DNA of 64,000 nucleotides. It comes from Podarcis muralis. Its lineage: Eukaryota. A program made the translations under genes and the position numbers. The stretch lies in assembly GCF_964188315.1 (NCBI RefSeq), contig NC_135670.1, positions 23,994,001-24,058,000 of the forward strand. Direction: 5' to 3'. The notes under the pieces are model-generated. The model was given only the letters and a program-made list of their open reading frames with translations. It was not told the origin of the DNA and did no database searches. Shown piece after piece: positions 1 to 11,950 of this stretch (positions are counted from its first letter, which is position 1; the number at the start of each line of letters is the position of its first letter).

Positions 1-1042
1 TTTTGAGGAAATAGTAGTAGTAGTAGTAGTAGCAATCAATCAATCATCATCATCTATTTATATGCCGTCCATCTGACTGGGTTGCCCCTGGCACTCTGCA
101 CAGCCTCCAACAAATAGTAAAAACAGAATACGATATCAAACACTAAAAACTTCACTCAACACCTATCCAGAACTCTCTCCAGGCCTGACCCTGTTCCATA
201 TGCCCTGAACTGTGATAATGCCTCTTATGCATTTGCCTGGATGGGCCTCCGACTTTTGGATGGCTGGAATGTAGTCCACTGTGCAAGGGTCAAAAAAGGC
301 ACCCATTGCTCCACCCACTTCTGCCTCTGGCCCCACCCACCACTGACGTTTGGCCCCTGGAAGGTTACCCACAAGGGAGTGAGGCTCTCAGGATGGAAAA
401 AAGGTTCCTACCCTTTGTGTGCATTTGTGACACTGCACAACACCAAGTGCTTGGAAACTTTTCCAGCCCGGGGAACTTTTTCCATCCTGTAATGTAAACA
501 CTGGTCTTCAATTGGTGGGCCGTTGCCTGATCCAAGGTGGGTCAAAACAGAAGCCCTGCTGTCGTGCAAATATATGGGAAAAGGTTCCCTGTATTGGGGA
601 AGTTTTTCATTTTTGACTTTTTAAATGTTCGAAGCCGCCCAGAGTGGCTGGGGCAACCCAGCCAGATGGGCAGGTTGTAAATAATAAAAAGTTATTGTTG
701 TTATTATTAAATGGTTAAGAAACAGGTCCCCAGATGCATGTCCAGGGTAAAAGGGGGTCCTGGGTCTGAAAAGGCTGAAGATAACCTGGCTCAGAAGGTT
801 AGTTTCCACACACAAACACTCTGTATCCTCTTTGCAGGCAAGTGAGAGGCATGGTCGGAGTTCAAGGACGCATCCCAGCCAAACAAAACACACTCTAGGA
901 GGGAAAGAAGCAGGGCTGTTGTGCGTGGCCTGGAGAGCGTCTCAAGGACCAGGTTGGAGCGTATCCTGGAGGCCCACATTTGCCCTCCATCCAGACTACT
1001 GTTCCCCAGACAGCTGATTCTTTGGGACTCCTGCCCACTCAC

Positions 1043-1120
1043 CTCCAGGTAGCTCTCAGAGTCCAAGGCATACACCTCCCCATCCTCTGGTGTCAGCTCT
1101 GACAGGGACTGGCCTTCAAT
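1043..1120 (-). CDS. PES1: PES1 exon 8 (IEGQSLSELTPEDGEVYALDSESYLE); later exons lie beyond the left edge
   Basis: AG acceptor, gtgagt donor, 78 nt; conserved YALDSES. Confidence 0.94.
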
Positions 1121-1269
1121 CTGAAAGACACACAGATGCAGGGATGACCTCCTTCCTCAGAATCAGTTTAACAAGAGAACAGTCCTGCTGGCTGGCAGCT
1201 CCAAGTCCATTTTCTGCCTGTAACCCTCCTTGACCCCGCCCAGGCATGGTGGTGATTGGAGGACAGCCA

Positions 1270-1270
<1 letters not shown>

Positions 1271-1319
<49 letters not shown>

Positions 1320-1321
1320 AA
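1271..1321. repeat. Compound (CT)n(CA)n microsatellite
   Basis: Read directly. Confidence 0.95.
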
Positions 1322-2092
1322 CAGATTTTGGTCTGCTGAGACGTGGGACGGGGCCTTTTCATGAGTGGCACCCAGCATGACCCTCAAAATTGCCTGATCT
1401 TTCTCTCTCCCCATCCCTTCTGTGCTTTTGTGACCAGTTCATTTTTCAAGTTTTTGGTCATTCCTTTTAAAGTGACAGGTCTGCTGCTTTAAAATCAAGG
1501 TGGTCCAACGTGATGACGGCCGAATCAAAACTTGATGCCCCCGCACTGCCTTCCCAAAGCCAAGTGAGCAAGATGCATGACTTGGGGAAGGAGGCACGAG
1601 GGCTCTGACAGGGTCCTAGAGCCCTCACCTCCTTCCCAAAGCCTAGGTAGCACTCTTCAAGCTTTGGGAGGAGGTGTGAGAGCTCTAGGACCCTGCCTGA
1701 GCCTTGCATCTCCTTCCCAAAGCCCAGAGCCTCGCTTAGCCAGCTCTGGGAAGGCAGCATCAAATTTTGGCCTCACTCCTCACCCCCACCCCCTCCACTT
1801 GGCAAGGCAGTGCATGGCCCACAGGTTCCATGTCAAAGTACTCTTGCGGCCTACTTGATATAAATATTTTGGTTAATGAAGGAATAAAAACCCTAAGCTG
1901 ACAATTGGGCACGAAGCTCACTGGGTCACCTTGGCCAAGTCGCTGCCTCTCTCAGCCTAATCTACCTCACAGGGTTCTTGCAAGGATAAATTGGGAGAGG
2001 GAGAGCTACGTACGCCAGCTTGAGTCTCAAGTCCCTGGGATTTCCCCTGCCCTCCAGTTGTTTTTCTCAATTCCACACAGTGAATTCCTCAC

Positions 2093-2209
2093 CTTTGGAG
2101 GGTAGTGCAAGTTGATGGACTGGTAGAGGCGGAAATTAATGAAGCCCACGAGAGTGGTGTAGAACTCCGTGAAGGTGGCCATGACTCTGTAGTCCACGTC
2201 TGTCGGGTG
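2093..2209 (-). CDS. PES1: PES1 exon 7 ([39 protein letters not shown])
   Basis: AG acceptor, gtgagg donor, 117 nt. Confidence 0.97.
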
Positions 2210-2685
2210 CTGGGAGGAAAGAGGGGTGCCGATTAAGCCACTGTAACACACACACACACAAACACACCCTTTTCAAAACACTCAGTTCTACTTCCATGTA
2301 GAAGTTTTCTATAGTAACATCTTCACTTTCATAGCTTTATGCAGAGATACAGGAGGTACTCCTGCAGGAGGCAGTGATGGCCAACGACTTGGATGGCTTT
2401 ACAAGAGTAGACACAATCATGCATAAAGCTACCAATGGCTATTAGACATGGTGATGATGCTTTGCCTCCACAGCTGAAGGCAGCAATGCTTCTGAACACC
2501 AGTTGCTGGAAACTACAGGAGGGAAGAGGCCTCTTGTGGTTAGCTGCTGCTTTTGGACTTCCCTTTGGGGCGTCTCTGTGGGTGGAGGGGTCATCATCTC
2601 CCTTTCTCTTCTCTAAGTCTAGCTGCTAGGGTTTCTCAGCCCGACTGCAACTATTCCCCTTCTGCCTCAAGCAGAATAATCTTTA

Positions 2686-2898
2686 CAGTGGTACCTCGGG
2701 TTACATACGCTTCAGGTTACAGACTCCGCTAACCGAGAAATAGTGCTTCAGGTTAAGAACTTTGCTTCAGGATGAGAACAGAAATCGTGCTCTGGCAGCG
2801 CAGCAGCAGCAGCAGGAGGCCCCATTAGTGGTGCTTCAGGTTAAGAACAGTTTCCGGACCGCCGGAACGAATTAAGTACTTAACCCGAGGTACCACTG
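2686..2898. mobile_element. Tc1/mariner MITE (CAGTGGTACCTC TIR, TA TSD)
   Basis: Terminal inverted repeats with TA flanks. Confidence 0.88.
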
Positions 2899-3436
2899 TA
2901 TTTGCATCAGCCACTAGCCACAGCAATAAAATAAAATGTACTGAAGATAGAGGTAAAAACTTAACTATAGAAAATACATTTTGGGGGTTTACATTAAGAA
3001 TCAAATAATAGATCTTATTGTAGTTGCCCCCGCTAAAAACCTTGCAGTTTTTGCTGTCACCTGATCATCTTCATCTGCTAAAAGAAAAAAACACTGTAGC
3101 AATGGTTGAGCGACCCGGCATGGACAATAATAGAGGGATAATAACCTCACTCCTCAAATCTTTATACAAGCCAGAAGCATATGAGCCACTGACCCAATAC
3201 TGCCTCTCCGCAGGGACGTAAGCGTTTTTCCAGTGGAATTTTCTGAAATCGACCCTCAAGTACAGCCGAAGGGAGTATATTCAATCTTGTGAAAGTGAAA
3301 GCGCGTCTGTATTTTGGAATTGTTACCTTTTACAAGCAGGGTTCCAAAGTGTCAAAATGACTTGGTGGGAAATAAACACACCATGGACAAAATTTCCTGA
3401 TTGTGGCCAGATTATTCTGTTGCTTGATATCATATA

Positions 3437-3794
3437 AAAGGTAAAGGTACCCCTGCCTGTACGGGCCAGTCTTGACAGACTCTAGGGTTGTGCGCCCATC
3501 TCACTCAAGAGGCCGGGGGCCAGCGCTGTCCGGAGACACTTCCGGGTCACGTGGCCAGCGTGACATCGCTGCTCTGGCGAGCCAGAGCCGCACACGGAAA
3601 CGCCGTTTACCTTCCCGCTTGTAAGCGGTCCCTATTTATCTACTTGCACCCGGGGGTGCTTTCGAACTGCTAGGTTGGCAGGCGCTGGGACCGAACAACG
3701 GGAGCGCACCCCGCCGCGGGGATTCGAACCACCGACCTTTCGATCGGCAAGCCCTAGGCGCTGAGGCTTTTACCCACAGCGCCACCCGCGTCCC
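3437..3794 (-). mobile_element. Sauria SINE (first of a tandem pair)
   Basis: tRNA-related head GGGACGCGGGTGGCGCTG and ACCTTT tail; TSD ttgatatcatata. Confidence 0.9.
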
Positions 3795-3807
3795 TTGATA
3801 TCATATA

Positions 3808-4168
3808 GGTAAAGGTAAAGGTACCCCTGCCCATACGGGCCAGTCTTGACAGACTCTAGGGTTGTGCGCCCATCTCACTCTATAGGCCGGGGGCCAGCGC
3901 TGTCCGCAGACACTTCCGGGTCACGTGGCCAGCGTGACAAGCTGCATCTGGCGAGCCAGCGCAACACACGGAAACGCCGTTTACCTTCCCGCTAGTAAGC
4001 GGTCCCTATTTATCTACTTGCACCCGAAGGTGCTTTCGAACTGCTAGGTTGGCAGGCGCTGGGACCGAGCAACGGGAGCGCACCCTGCCGCGGGGATTCG
4101 AACCACCGACCTTTCGATCGGCAAGCCCTAGGCGCTGAGGCTTTTACCCACAGCGCCACCCGCGTCCC
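3808..4168 (-). mobile_element. Sauria SINE (second of a tandem pair)
   Basis: Same structure; TSD ttgatatcatata. Confidence 0.9.
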
Positions 4169-5830
4169 TTGATATCATATAGGCACTGTCTAATTAAATT
4201 ATTTGCTTTATCCCCCTTCTGCCTGCTTGCCAACAGCAGGACCTGTTATCCAAGCGACCCCCTTTAACAAGGCGTGGTTGTATATGTTGCTATTATATCT
4301 GCAAGGTGCATTAAGGCATGGCCTGATGGGAAAAGCAACAGAATTAAGTTATGCAAGCCAACGGACAGGGCCAAATGTGTCCAAATAACTGGCTGCCCAC
4401 CAGCTGAGCGGTGTTCCGGGGGAGTTAATTGTTAATTAAGGTCACTTCTGCAGTGCCCATTTTCTAAAGTTAATGGTTCTTCGACCCAAGGGAAGCTCAG
4501 CTGGATAACCAAGGACAAGAGGTCAACGTGGGCAAAAGGACTCAAGGACCAGGTCACGGTCTCCTAGTTCCCTTTGGGCGGCCAATGGAGACGAGGAGGT
4601 GGGCCAAGGCACAGCCAGGGCGCCATTGATTGGAGGGTTCTGGTGGCCTCACCTCAAAAAGGAGATTGAAGTGAAGGGCAAGCAAAATGATGAGCCACAG
4701 GGAGGAAGGTGGCAGCAGCAGCGTTTGGGGATTTTTGGTTTAGAGAAAAGGAAAGCAAGAGGCAAACATGACAGGAGTTCATAAAATTATGCACAGCATG
4801 GAGAAATTGGGAGGGAGAACCAAAGGAGAATGGCAACTTAAGCTGACAGAATATGCTCAGCTTGCATGCTGGCTGGGGTTGATGGGATCTGTAGTATCTG
4901 GAGGGCACCCAAATGGGAAATGCTGTCTGAAACCTTGTTTAGGAAGTCTGGCACTCCTTGCGCAAAACACAAGCTTGCTGCCTATCATTTGCAATCAGAT
5001 CAGAAGAATCTTTATTTGCACCAGCCGCTTAAGTCATAGCAATAAAATAAAATGTACTGAAGACAAAATAATGTACTGATCTGATCATTTGTGACGGGCA
5101 ATGAGATTTTCCTGTACTTGATTAATATTAAGGACTTTTTGTTTCATTTCGTTTTATTTATTTATTTTTAAAAAAGGTCACCTTGAAGTCAAAGTTTCCA
5201 AGGCAGCCTAACAAAGGAAACAAGATGACAGAAATCACCAAAAACAAATCAGCAGATTAAAAACTAGGAATAAAAAGAGCAAGATGAGAAAGAGCAGAAA
5301 TAACATTATCCAGCAGAAAAATGATGCCAGTGTTGTTACTGGTAAATTTCCGCAAGATTTTTTTATTTATTTAAATAAAAATATTATCAATAATATTTTA
5401 TTAAAATAATTTCAGTTATAGAAAATAAAGTGATGAAACAGGAAAAAAATAAAGGGAGAGATAAATAAGTGCAAAAAATAAGAAAGCTATAGTATGGCAC
5501 TTAAAAATGGGGGAAAATAACCACCAAAATTGAAAGATTTATCATAGGAAGCTGTCCTATTCTGAGTATGATCCTTGGTCCTTCTAGCTTAATACTGCCT
5601 TTACTGACTGACAGCAGCTCTCTTGGCTTTCAGCAAGGGGGCATTTCCAGCCCTACTTGGAGATGCTTTTGGGGAATGAACCAGGGATCTTCTGCGTGCA
5701 AAGCAGGTGCTCTGCCGGTGAGCTATGGCCCTTCCATCCTATGATACTGAAGAGGTCAGTGCCTTTGTTTTGCAGCGAATGACCATGAGATTAACAAAAC
5801 TATCCCAGGAAATCTTGCCCCAGTACTCAC

Positions 5831-5920
5831 ATTGTGGGAAAAGGCGTAGGGTGTTATCCAGGTGACAAGCTGCCCCATCACCTCCGCCTGGTAGTAGATG
5901 CCTTTGATGGACAGGAACAC
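5831..5920 (-). CDS. PES1: PES1 exon 6 ([30 protein letters not shown])
   Basis: AG acceptor, gtgagt donor, 90 nt. Confidence 0.97.
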
Positions 5921-6713
5921 CTGGCAAGGGGAGGACAGAGGGTGGTTTCAGAATCAACACAGAACACAGCGGAGAAGTCCAGTGCAGGTGAAAAAAGGCC
6001 GGCCACTTCTCTGATATTGCCTTCCTCAACTTGGTGGCCTCCAGATGTTCTGGACTACGATCCCCATCAGCCCATCAGCGTTCAGCCCTGCCCAGACCTC
6101 AAATCTGCAGGCTCTGCAGCAGGAGGGGCAGGACCCTACAAGGCACTGCCTGTGACCCCGGGAAGCAAGAAGAGCCAGCTATCTCTGTTCCAGGGGCTGG
6201 AGGTCCCTATACCGGGTGCCTGGTTTCCTGGCTGTCTCTCAGACTGCTCCCCAACACTCCATCTCCAGCTAGCTGCACCTGGGTTTACTTGGGAGGAGGA
6301 GGAAGCACAGAGAAACTCCTGCCAGGATCAGCACTTGAGCAAGAAAGAAGTGGAGCCTACAGTTCCTTTATAAAGCCCCCCAGGCTGAGTTACTGCATTG
6401 CTGAAGCAATGGTTACTTTTCCAAACTCTAGATTTCCTGGCCCAGAGAAATCAGTGCTTCTTCTCTCCCCCTTGCAACACCAGAGGAAGAATCAACATTA
6501 AAAGGGAATTATCAAGCTCTGCTAGCATGGCTGTGCTCCCAAGCAGCCTCAGCATCACACAGTCACGCTTGGTGGTTCTGATGGGAGCTGTAGTCTAAAA
6601 CTTCTGGTGGGCACCAGGTTGGTCAAGGCAGTGATGGAGCACTTAAGCCAGCCAGATGTTGCAGGCAGTAATTCTCATCAGCACCAGCAAGCGCAGCCCA
6701 AGGGGGCAAAAAC

Positions 6714-7057
6714 TGTTAGTTTCTGTTTGCCACCGTGCAGTGCTTGGAGTCACAGGACTCTGTTTACATTCCAGACTGTTGGAAGTCTCACGGAAGACAG
6801 GAGACGGATGTGATGTTACTGGTTTCTTGTTCCTTTGTTTGTTCAGTTGCTCTCTGCTTTCACAGAGAGAGGATGTGTTTTCTGTCTGCGTAGTTAGTAA
6901 TAAAGCATAGCGATGTAGCCATAAATCTCATCACTTCTGCGTGCTGCTTTGATTCTCTGCGTAATGGAGAGTGTGCCTGTAGCCTTATCAAAGGCTCAGG
7001 TCATTAATCACGTCAGAGGCAATTCCGGAGGAGCTCGGCTGATCGCAGTTTCAGACA
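6714..7057 (+). mobile_element. Solo LTR (TG...CA) in PES1 intron 5/6
   Basis: TGTTAG start, CA end, internal AATAAA, 5-bp TSD AAAAC (6709-6713 and 7058-7062). Confidence 0.7.
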
Positions 7058-7184
7058 AAAACATCTGGAGGGCACCAGGATGCTGAAGACCCTTCTCTCT
7101 AAGGCTACCCAGCTTGATGTGTGTTGAAATAAAGCCAACTCCTTCCTGGATCTGTAACTCCCCATAGCCTCTCACTCAGCTCAC

Positions 7185-7356
7185 CTTGCGCAGAGAGCGC
7201 GAGCAGATGACGTAGTTGAGGAACTCCACGGTGAGGCGGCGGCACAGCTGGATCGTCTGAACGTGGCACTTGCCAGTACGCGGGAAGGTGGCGAAGAGGA
7301 AGCACATGGAAAGAGCGTCGTCAAGGTCCCGCAGGGCATCGATGAAGGTTGGGTAC
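7185..7356 (-). CDS. PES1: PES1 exon 5 ([57 protein letters not shown])
   Basis: AG acceptor, gtgagc donor, 172 nt. Confidence 0.97.
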
Positions 7357-7690
7357 CTGCAAGGGGGAGGTGAAGAACAAGACCATGTAACGCACACAGC
7401 CTTAATCATCCCAGAGTGCTTTATAAACAAACGGACTATAGTCCGCTTGCCCTGTCCCCATGGGATCGGATCCCCCTTCTGCTGGGGACGAAATTGAGGA
7501 TGCTGGATCAGAAGGGGAACTGCATGTAGGGCCAGCCCCAGTGGCACATCCACAGGATGAGTTCCTGGTACTGGTGCCTCTTCGGCCAGAGGGAACTGCA
7601 CTCCCATCCCCTGACCCTCCTGTGCCCAGTTACTTGGATCCCCATTGTGGTTCCTCTGCAAGGTTCTCCCTTGGGCCTCCCATCTCTTAC

Positions 7691-7800
7691 CTTTCCTTGA
7701 CGATGTGGTCCAACCTATATCCGGGTTTGTTGTCCTTCAGCCGCTCCACAGTGTTCCATTGGCTCTTCCCGTACGCTTTGCGCAATTTGCGGACAAACAC
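7691..7800 (-). CDS. PES1: PES1 exon 4 ([37 protein letters not shown])
   Basis: AG acceptor, gtaaga donor, 110 nt, in phase. Confidence 0.97.
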
Positions 7801-8823
7801 CTTGCGGGGAAGAAAGGTTTCAGAGACAGGCGCCCTTGCCAGCTACCAGCCGCCCAGTCTAGAATTCCCTGACCTAGTCTGCTGCCCACCAACATTATAT
7901 TATCATCCTCATTGCTACAGATTTAATAATCACCTTCTTAACCACCATCTCAAGGCAAGATAATTAAAAACACGAAAACAACAAAAACATTTAAAGCGAG
8001 ACTACAACCTTAACAAGGTTAGGTAAAGACTCCTTTATGCAGCTGGGAAAGCCTGGTCAAAACAAAACGTCTTCAATTGTTTCCAGAAAATGCAGTGAGC
8101 GCCAGTTGTACCTCAAGTCCCCTCTCTTGCTTCTGCAGCCCCCAATCTCTTTGTAGGTAACACATGCTGACTTTAGCTTCCCTGCCAGAAACACTAACAG
8201 CTGATAAACTTTACACTGGGCAAAACCAAGTTTGATTTCATTGGAAGGAACTGATATTCTATCACTTAATGCATCTCATTAGCAACCGGGCTCAGGATCA
8301 TGTCATTAAAGGCAATGATGTGGGATGTTTCAGTGCTTTGTTTTTTCCATGGAAAATATTCAGTTGTAAAAGTTCATTTGAAACAAGGAATGAATCCCAA
8401 CTTCAAATACAGTCTCAGGAACATTTGGCAGTTTCAAAATTTTCAAACTTTGTTTACTTGTTACAAGCAAAATAAATAGGCAGAATTAAATCACTCAGGA
8501 TATTTCCTGATACTTAAATCCCCTAAGGAAGTTACTCTTTCAGAAACAGTAGTTTTAGTTTGCCTCGATGCCTTTTTCTTCTGCTGTTCAGTGATGTGGG
8601 TTAGCCGGGAAATTCTGAAACAGAAATTTTTCCTTTGCTGTTCAAAATTTTCTATAAAACCCAAATCGCTGAGCAGGGGGAACAAAATGGACTGCAGCTC
8701 TTGAAAGGAAATGATAACTCCCTTCCTTTAATCTGTCTCCAAAGTCAGTGCTCTAAAACTGTTGCAGGTGATATTAAATCTAATGCTTGTGATTGGCTGC
8801 AGGATCCCCCGGGATCACAATAC

Positions 8824-8977
8824 CTTATATTCCCGGAACTTGTTGACAATGGGCTCATGTAGGAGAAATTTTATGTCTTTCAGGAGGTAGAAAGTCCTGG
8901 CAGCAGTAGATCCTTTGTTCACCTTCTTCTTATGTTTGGGCTCATGAGGGTAAATCCCTTTGAGGATGCAGAGTCGC
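8824..8977 (-). CDS. PES1: PES1 exon 3 ([51 protein letters not shown])
   Basis: AG/GT boundaries, 154 nt; pescadillo N-terminal domain. Confidence 0.97.
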
Positions 8978-9375
8978 CTGGAAAGGGCAGGGGGTGGGGA
9001 AGAGAACAGATGTCTTGTCGGTTTCCCGTTGGCCAAGTTAAGGCAACATAACGCACAATGCTATTCACTGTGAAGCTATCACAGGTCAGAACTGTTAGCA
9101 GTCACCTAAATAATGCAGACGGAGACCAGAGAGAAGAGAAAGTGATAATACTTGATTGGGTAAACTGAACAAAAACTGTGTATAACTTGAGGAGTCATAA
9201 ACAGAGAGGTTCAGTCTCATTTACAAGCCTTGTTCATAGCAGAAAGATATTCAGCAACTAAAGAGAAAGAGTAAAACTTCCTTTGAAACTACACAGCCAG
9301 TCAGAACGTGAGCTCTCCTGGCAAGGATCATGCCAATCTGACTAGCTGCTGGGCAACACCACCACCCTCTAACTA

Positions 9376-9945
9376 CAGTGGTGCCTCACAAGACGAAAAG
9401 AATCCGTTCCGCGAGTCTCTTCGTCTTGCGGTTTTTTCGTCCTGCGAAGCAAGCCCATTAGCGGCTTAGCGGATCAGCGGCTTAACGGATCAGCTGTTAA
9501 GCGGCTTAGCGGATCAGCTGATAAGCGGCTTAGCGATCAGCTGTTAAGCGGCTTAGCGGATCAGCTGTTAAGCGGCTTAGCGGATCAGCTGTTAAGCGGC
9601 TTAGCGATCAGCTGTTAAGCGGCTTAGCGGATCAGCTGATAAGCAGCTTAGCGATCAGCTGTTAAGCGGCTTAGCGGATCAGCTGATAAGCGGCTTAGTG
9701 ATCAGCTGTTAAGCGGCTTAGCGGATCAGTTGTTAAGCGGCTTAGTGGATCAGCTGATAAGCGGCTTAGCGGCTTGGGAAAAAGGGGGGGAAAGGAAAAA
9801 AACCCTGCAGGAACTTGCAAGACATTTTCGTCTTGCGAAGCAAGCCCATAGGAAATTCGTTTTGCGAAGCACCTCCAAAACGGAAAACCCTTTCGTCTAG
9901 CGGGTTTTCCGTCTTGCGAGGCATTCGTCTTGCGGGGCACCACTG
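9376..9945. mobile_element. Tc1/mariner MITE (CAGTGGTGCCTC.CAAGACGAA TIR) with an internal minisatellite
   Basis: TIRs, TA TSD. Confidence 0.85.
9459..9773. repeat. Minisatellite, 23-24 bp unit GCGGCTTAGCGGATCAGCTGTTAA, about 12-13 copies
   Basis: Read directly from the sequence. Confidence 0.95.
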
Positions 9946-10424
9946 TAACTGTAAACAGAATTAACCCTCAGGTTATTAACTGAATAACCTGTTGTGCTTC
10001 CGACAGGATACTGCTGTCACCACCACTACAACCCAAAGCCAAGAAGTCAGTGCGACAGGGTCTGCTGTGCCTCCACCACCAACACACTGGCCCTAACTGA
10101 CATAAGACTCTAAGAAAGGCCTCCTGGATCAGGCAATGGCCCATCCAGTCCAGCCTCCTGTTCTCTCTGTGGCCACCCAGATGCACCCAAAGGAAACCCA
10201 CTAGCAGGACTCGAGCACCAGAGCACTCTCTCCTCAGACTGCGGAAGAGAAGAGTCATTGTGGTGAGTAGCCACGAGAGAGATGCAAACAGAGATCGTGA
10301 CATGTGTGTACGCAGAGACCAACTACACCCCTGCCAGGCAGCACTGCAATACTCAAGACACTTGTGCCACACACACGTATCAAGAGGCCACGGTAAGCTG
10401 GTAAGTGATGACTCCTTTCCTTAC

Positions 10425-10504
10425 CTGAAGTCTGGAAGGCTCAGTTGCAACTTCTTCCGGGCTTTGTTCCTGGTAATATAGTTGGTGGCAGAACCCCTCT
10501 GGTA
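10425..10504 (-). CDS. PES1: PES1 exon 2 ([27 protein letters not shown])
   Basis: AG acceptor, gtaagg donor, 80 nt, phase 0 to 2. Confidence 0.97.
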
Positions 10505-11439
10505 CTTTGGGATGAAAAAGAGAGACAACGCTTAATATACGTCCTTCCACGAATTAAACCCAAACAAAGAACTGAATGGCTCACAGTGAGAAATTAAGAG
10601 TATTAAATTAAAAGCAAGTGATCCTACAGTGCTGCTTTCATGCCTAGATAGTAAACAGCTAAGACAGGAACATAGGAAGCTACCTTAAGCAGAGTCAGAC
10701 TGCTGGTTCATCTAGCTCAGTATTTTTGACACTGAAGGGGAGCAGCTCTCCAGGGTTTCAGGCAAGGAGTCCATCCCAGCCCTGAAATGCCAAGGATTGA
10801 CATATGCCTTCTGCATACGAAGCAGATGCTCTATCAATGAGTTATGGAAGCTGCCTTATACCATCTAGTTCACTATTTGTTTGCACCAGCCTTTCTCAAC
10901 CTTGGGCCCCAGATGTTATTGAACTACAACTCCCATCATCCCCAGTGAGAAGGGCCAGCAGCCAGGGATGATGGGAGTTATAGTGTCCAATAACATACGG
11001 GGACCCAAGAATGAGAAAAGCTGGTCTACACTGACTGGCAACTGCTCTTTAGGGTTTCAGGCAGGGGACATTCGCTGCCACACCTGGAGATGCTGGGGGA
11101 CAAGCCTCAAACCTTCTACAGGGAATGCATATGTTCCACGGCACTTCCAACCAGAGCGGCCAATAGAGAGTGACACGAGTTGGAAGTCCAGCATCTTGAG
11201 AGCATCCCTTCGGCTACTCCTGCCCCAGGACACGGGAACATGAGAAGCTAACACATCCCGAGTCTCGCCACTGGCCCACCTAGCCCAGTAGCGTCTACAC
11301 GAACTGGCAGCAGCTCCTCAGGGTCTCTCCCAATCCTATCTGGAGAGACCATCAGGCTCTGAACCCGAACCTGGGACCTTCTGCATCCTACGGCCCTGCT
11401 TCACCAGAAGGATAGTTAAAAAAAAACCCCCGCAAGCCG

Positions 11440-11950
11440 CAGTGTATTAGGTAGCCAGTTCCGGAAGTAACGTGTTTCCACTTTCAGACGTTACTTCGCT
11501 ACACGGGAAAGCAAGCGGCATCCCCTCATGAGAGCAACGCGGTGCGCAGACTGGGCCTGCCTTAAGCCACGCGGTACCTTCTTTTTCTCCACGCCGCCCA
11601 TTGCTGTCGCTGCTCCTGCCGCCCCGCCGACACTCACGTGGCGACTCTCGCAGGCCGGCCGAATTGGCTCCGCCCACTAAATGCGTCATCGCTCCTCCTC
11701 CTCAGGGTGTCCACGCGGCTGCCTGACCGGGAGCCAACGTCCTGGAGTTACTTACGCCCACCCGGCGGCGTGTCACCGGCCAAGCGAAGCGGATCATGAA
11801 GTCGCTTTGTTTCAGTCGCCACGCCGGAAGCTCTCCGAGCAGCAAAGGTTTCGAGCAGGCATAGGTTTGGGCACCTTTAAGGGAGCCTTAAGCAAGACCC
11901 TAGGTCTAGGAAGCCGACCTGGGCGACGCGGCGCATGCTGGGGGATTGGA
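11440..11950. promoter_or_regulatory. CpG-rich promoter of PES1
   Basis: High CpG density around PES1 exon 1; CCGGAAGT (ETS-like), ATTGG (reverse CCAAT), CCGCCC GC-box, CGTCA CRE half-site and GCGCATGC (NRF1-like) are present. Confidence 0.75.
11578..11601 (-). CDS. PES1: Pescadillo homolog 1, exon 1 (MGGVEKKK)
   Basis: ATG at 11601, 24-nt phase-0 exon, GT donor (gtaccg); matches the PES1 N-terminus; lies in a CpG-rich promoter. Confidence 0.93.

Noticed and set aside
4420-4570. HNF1-like GTTAATTGTTAAT plus AGGTCA half-sites in PES1 intron 6
   Set aside because: Short degenerate motifs; cannot be separated from chance without conservation data
5834-6501. Overlapping 179-aa and 156-aa plus ORFs
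   Set aside because: Partly antisense to PES1 exon 6; no recognisable domain or splice support
9459-9773. CRISPR-like appearance of regular palindromic repeats
   Set aside because: No unique spacers, eukaryotic intron, no cas genes; it is a minisatellite
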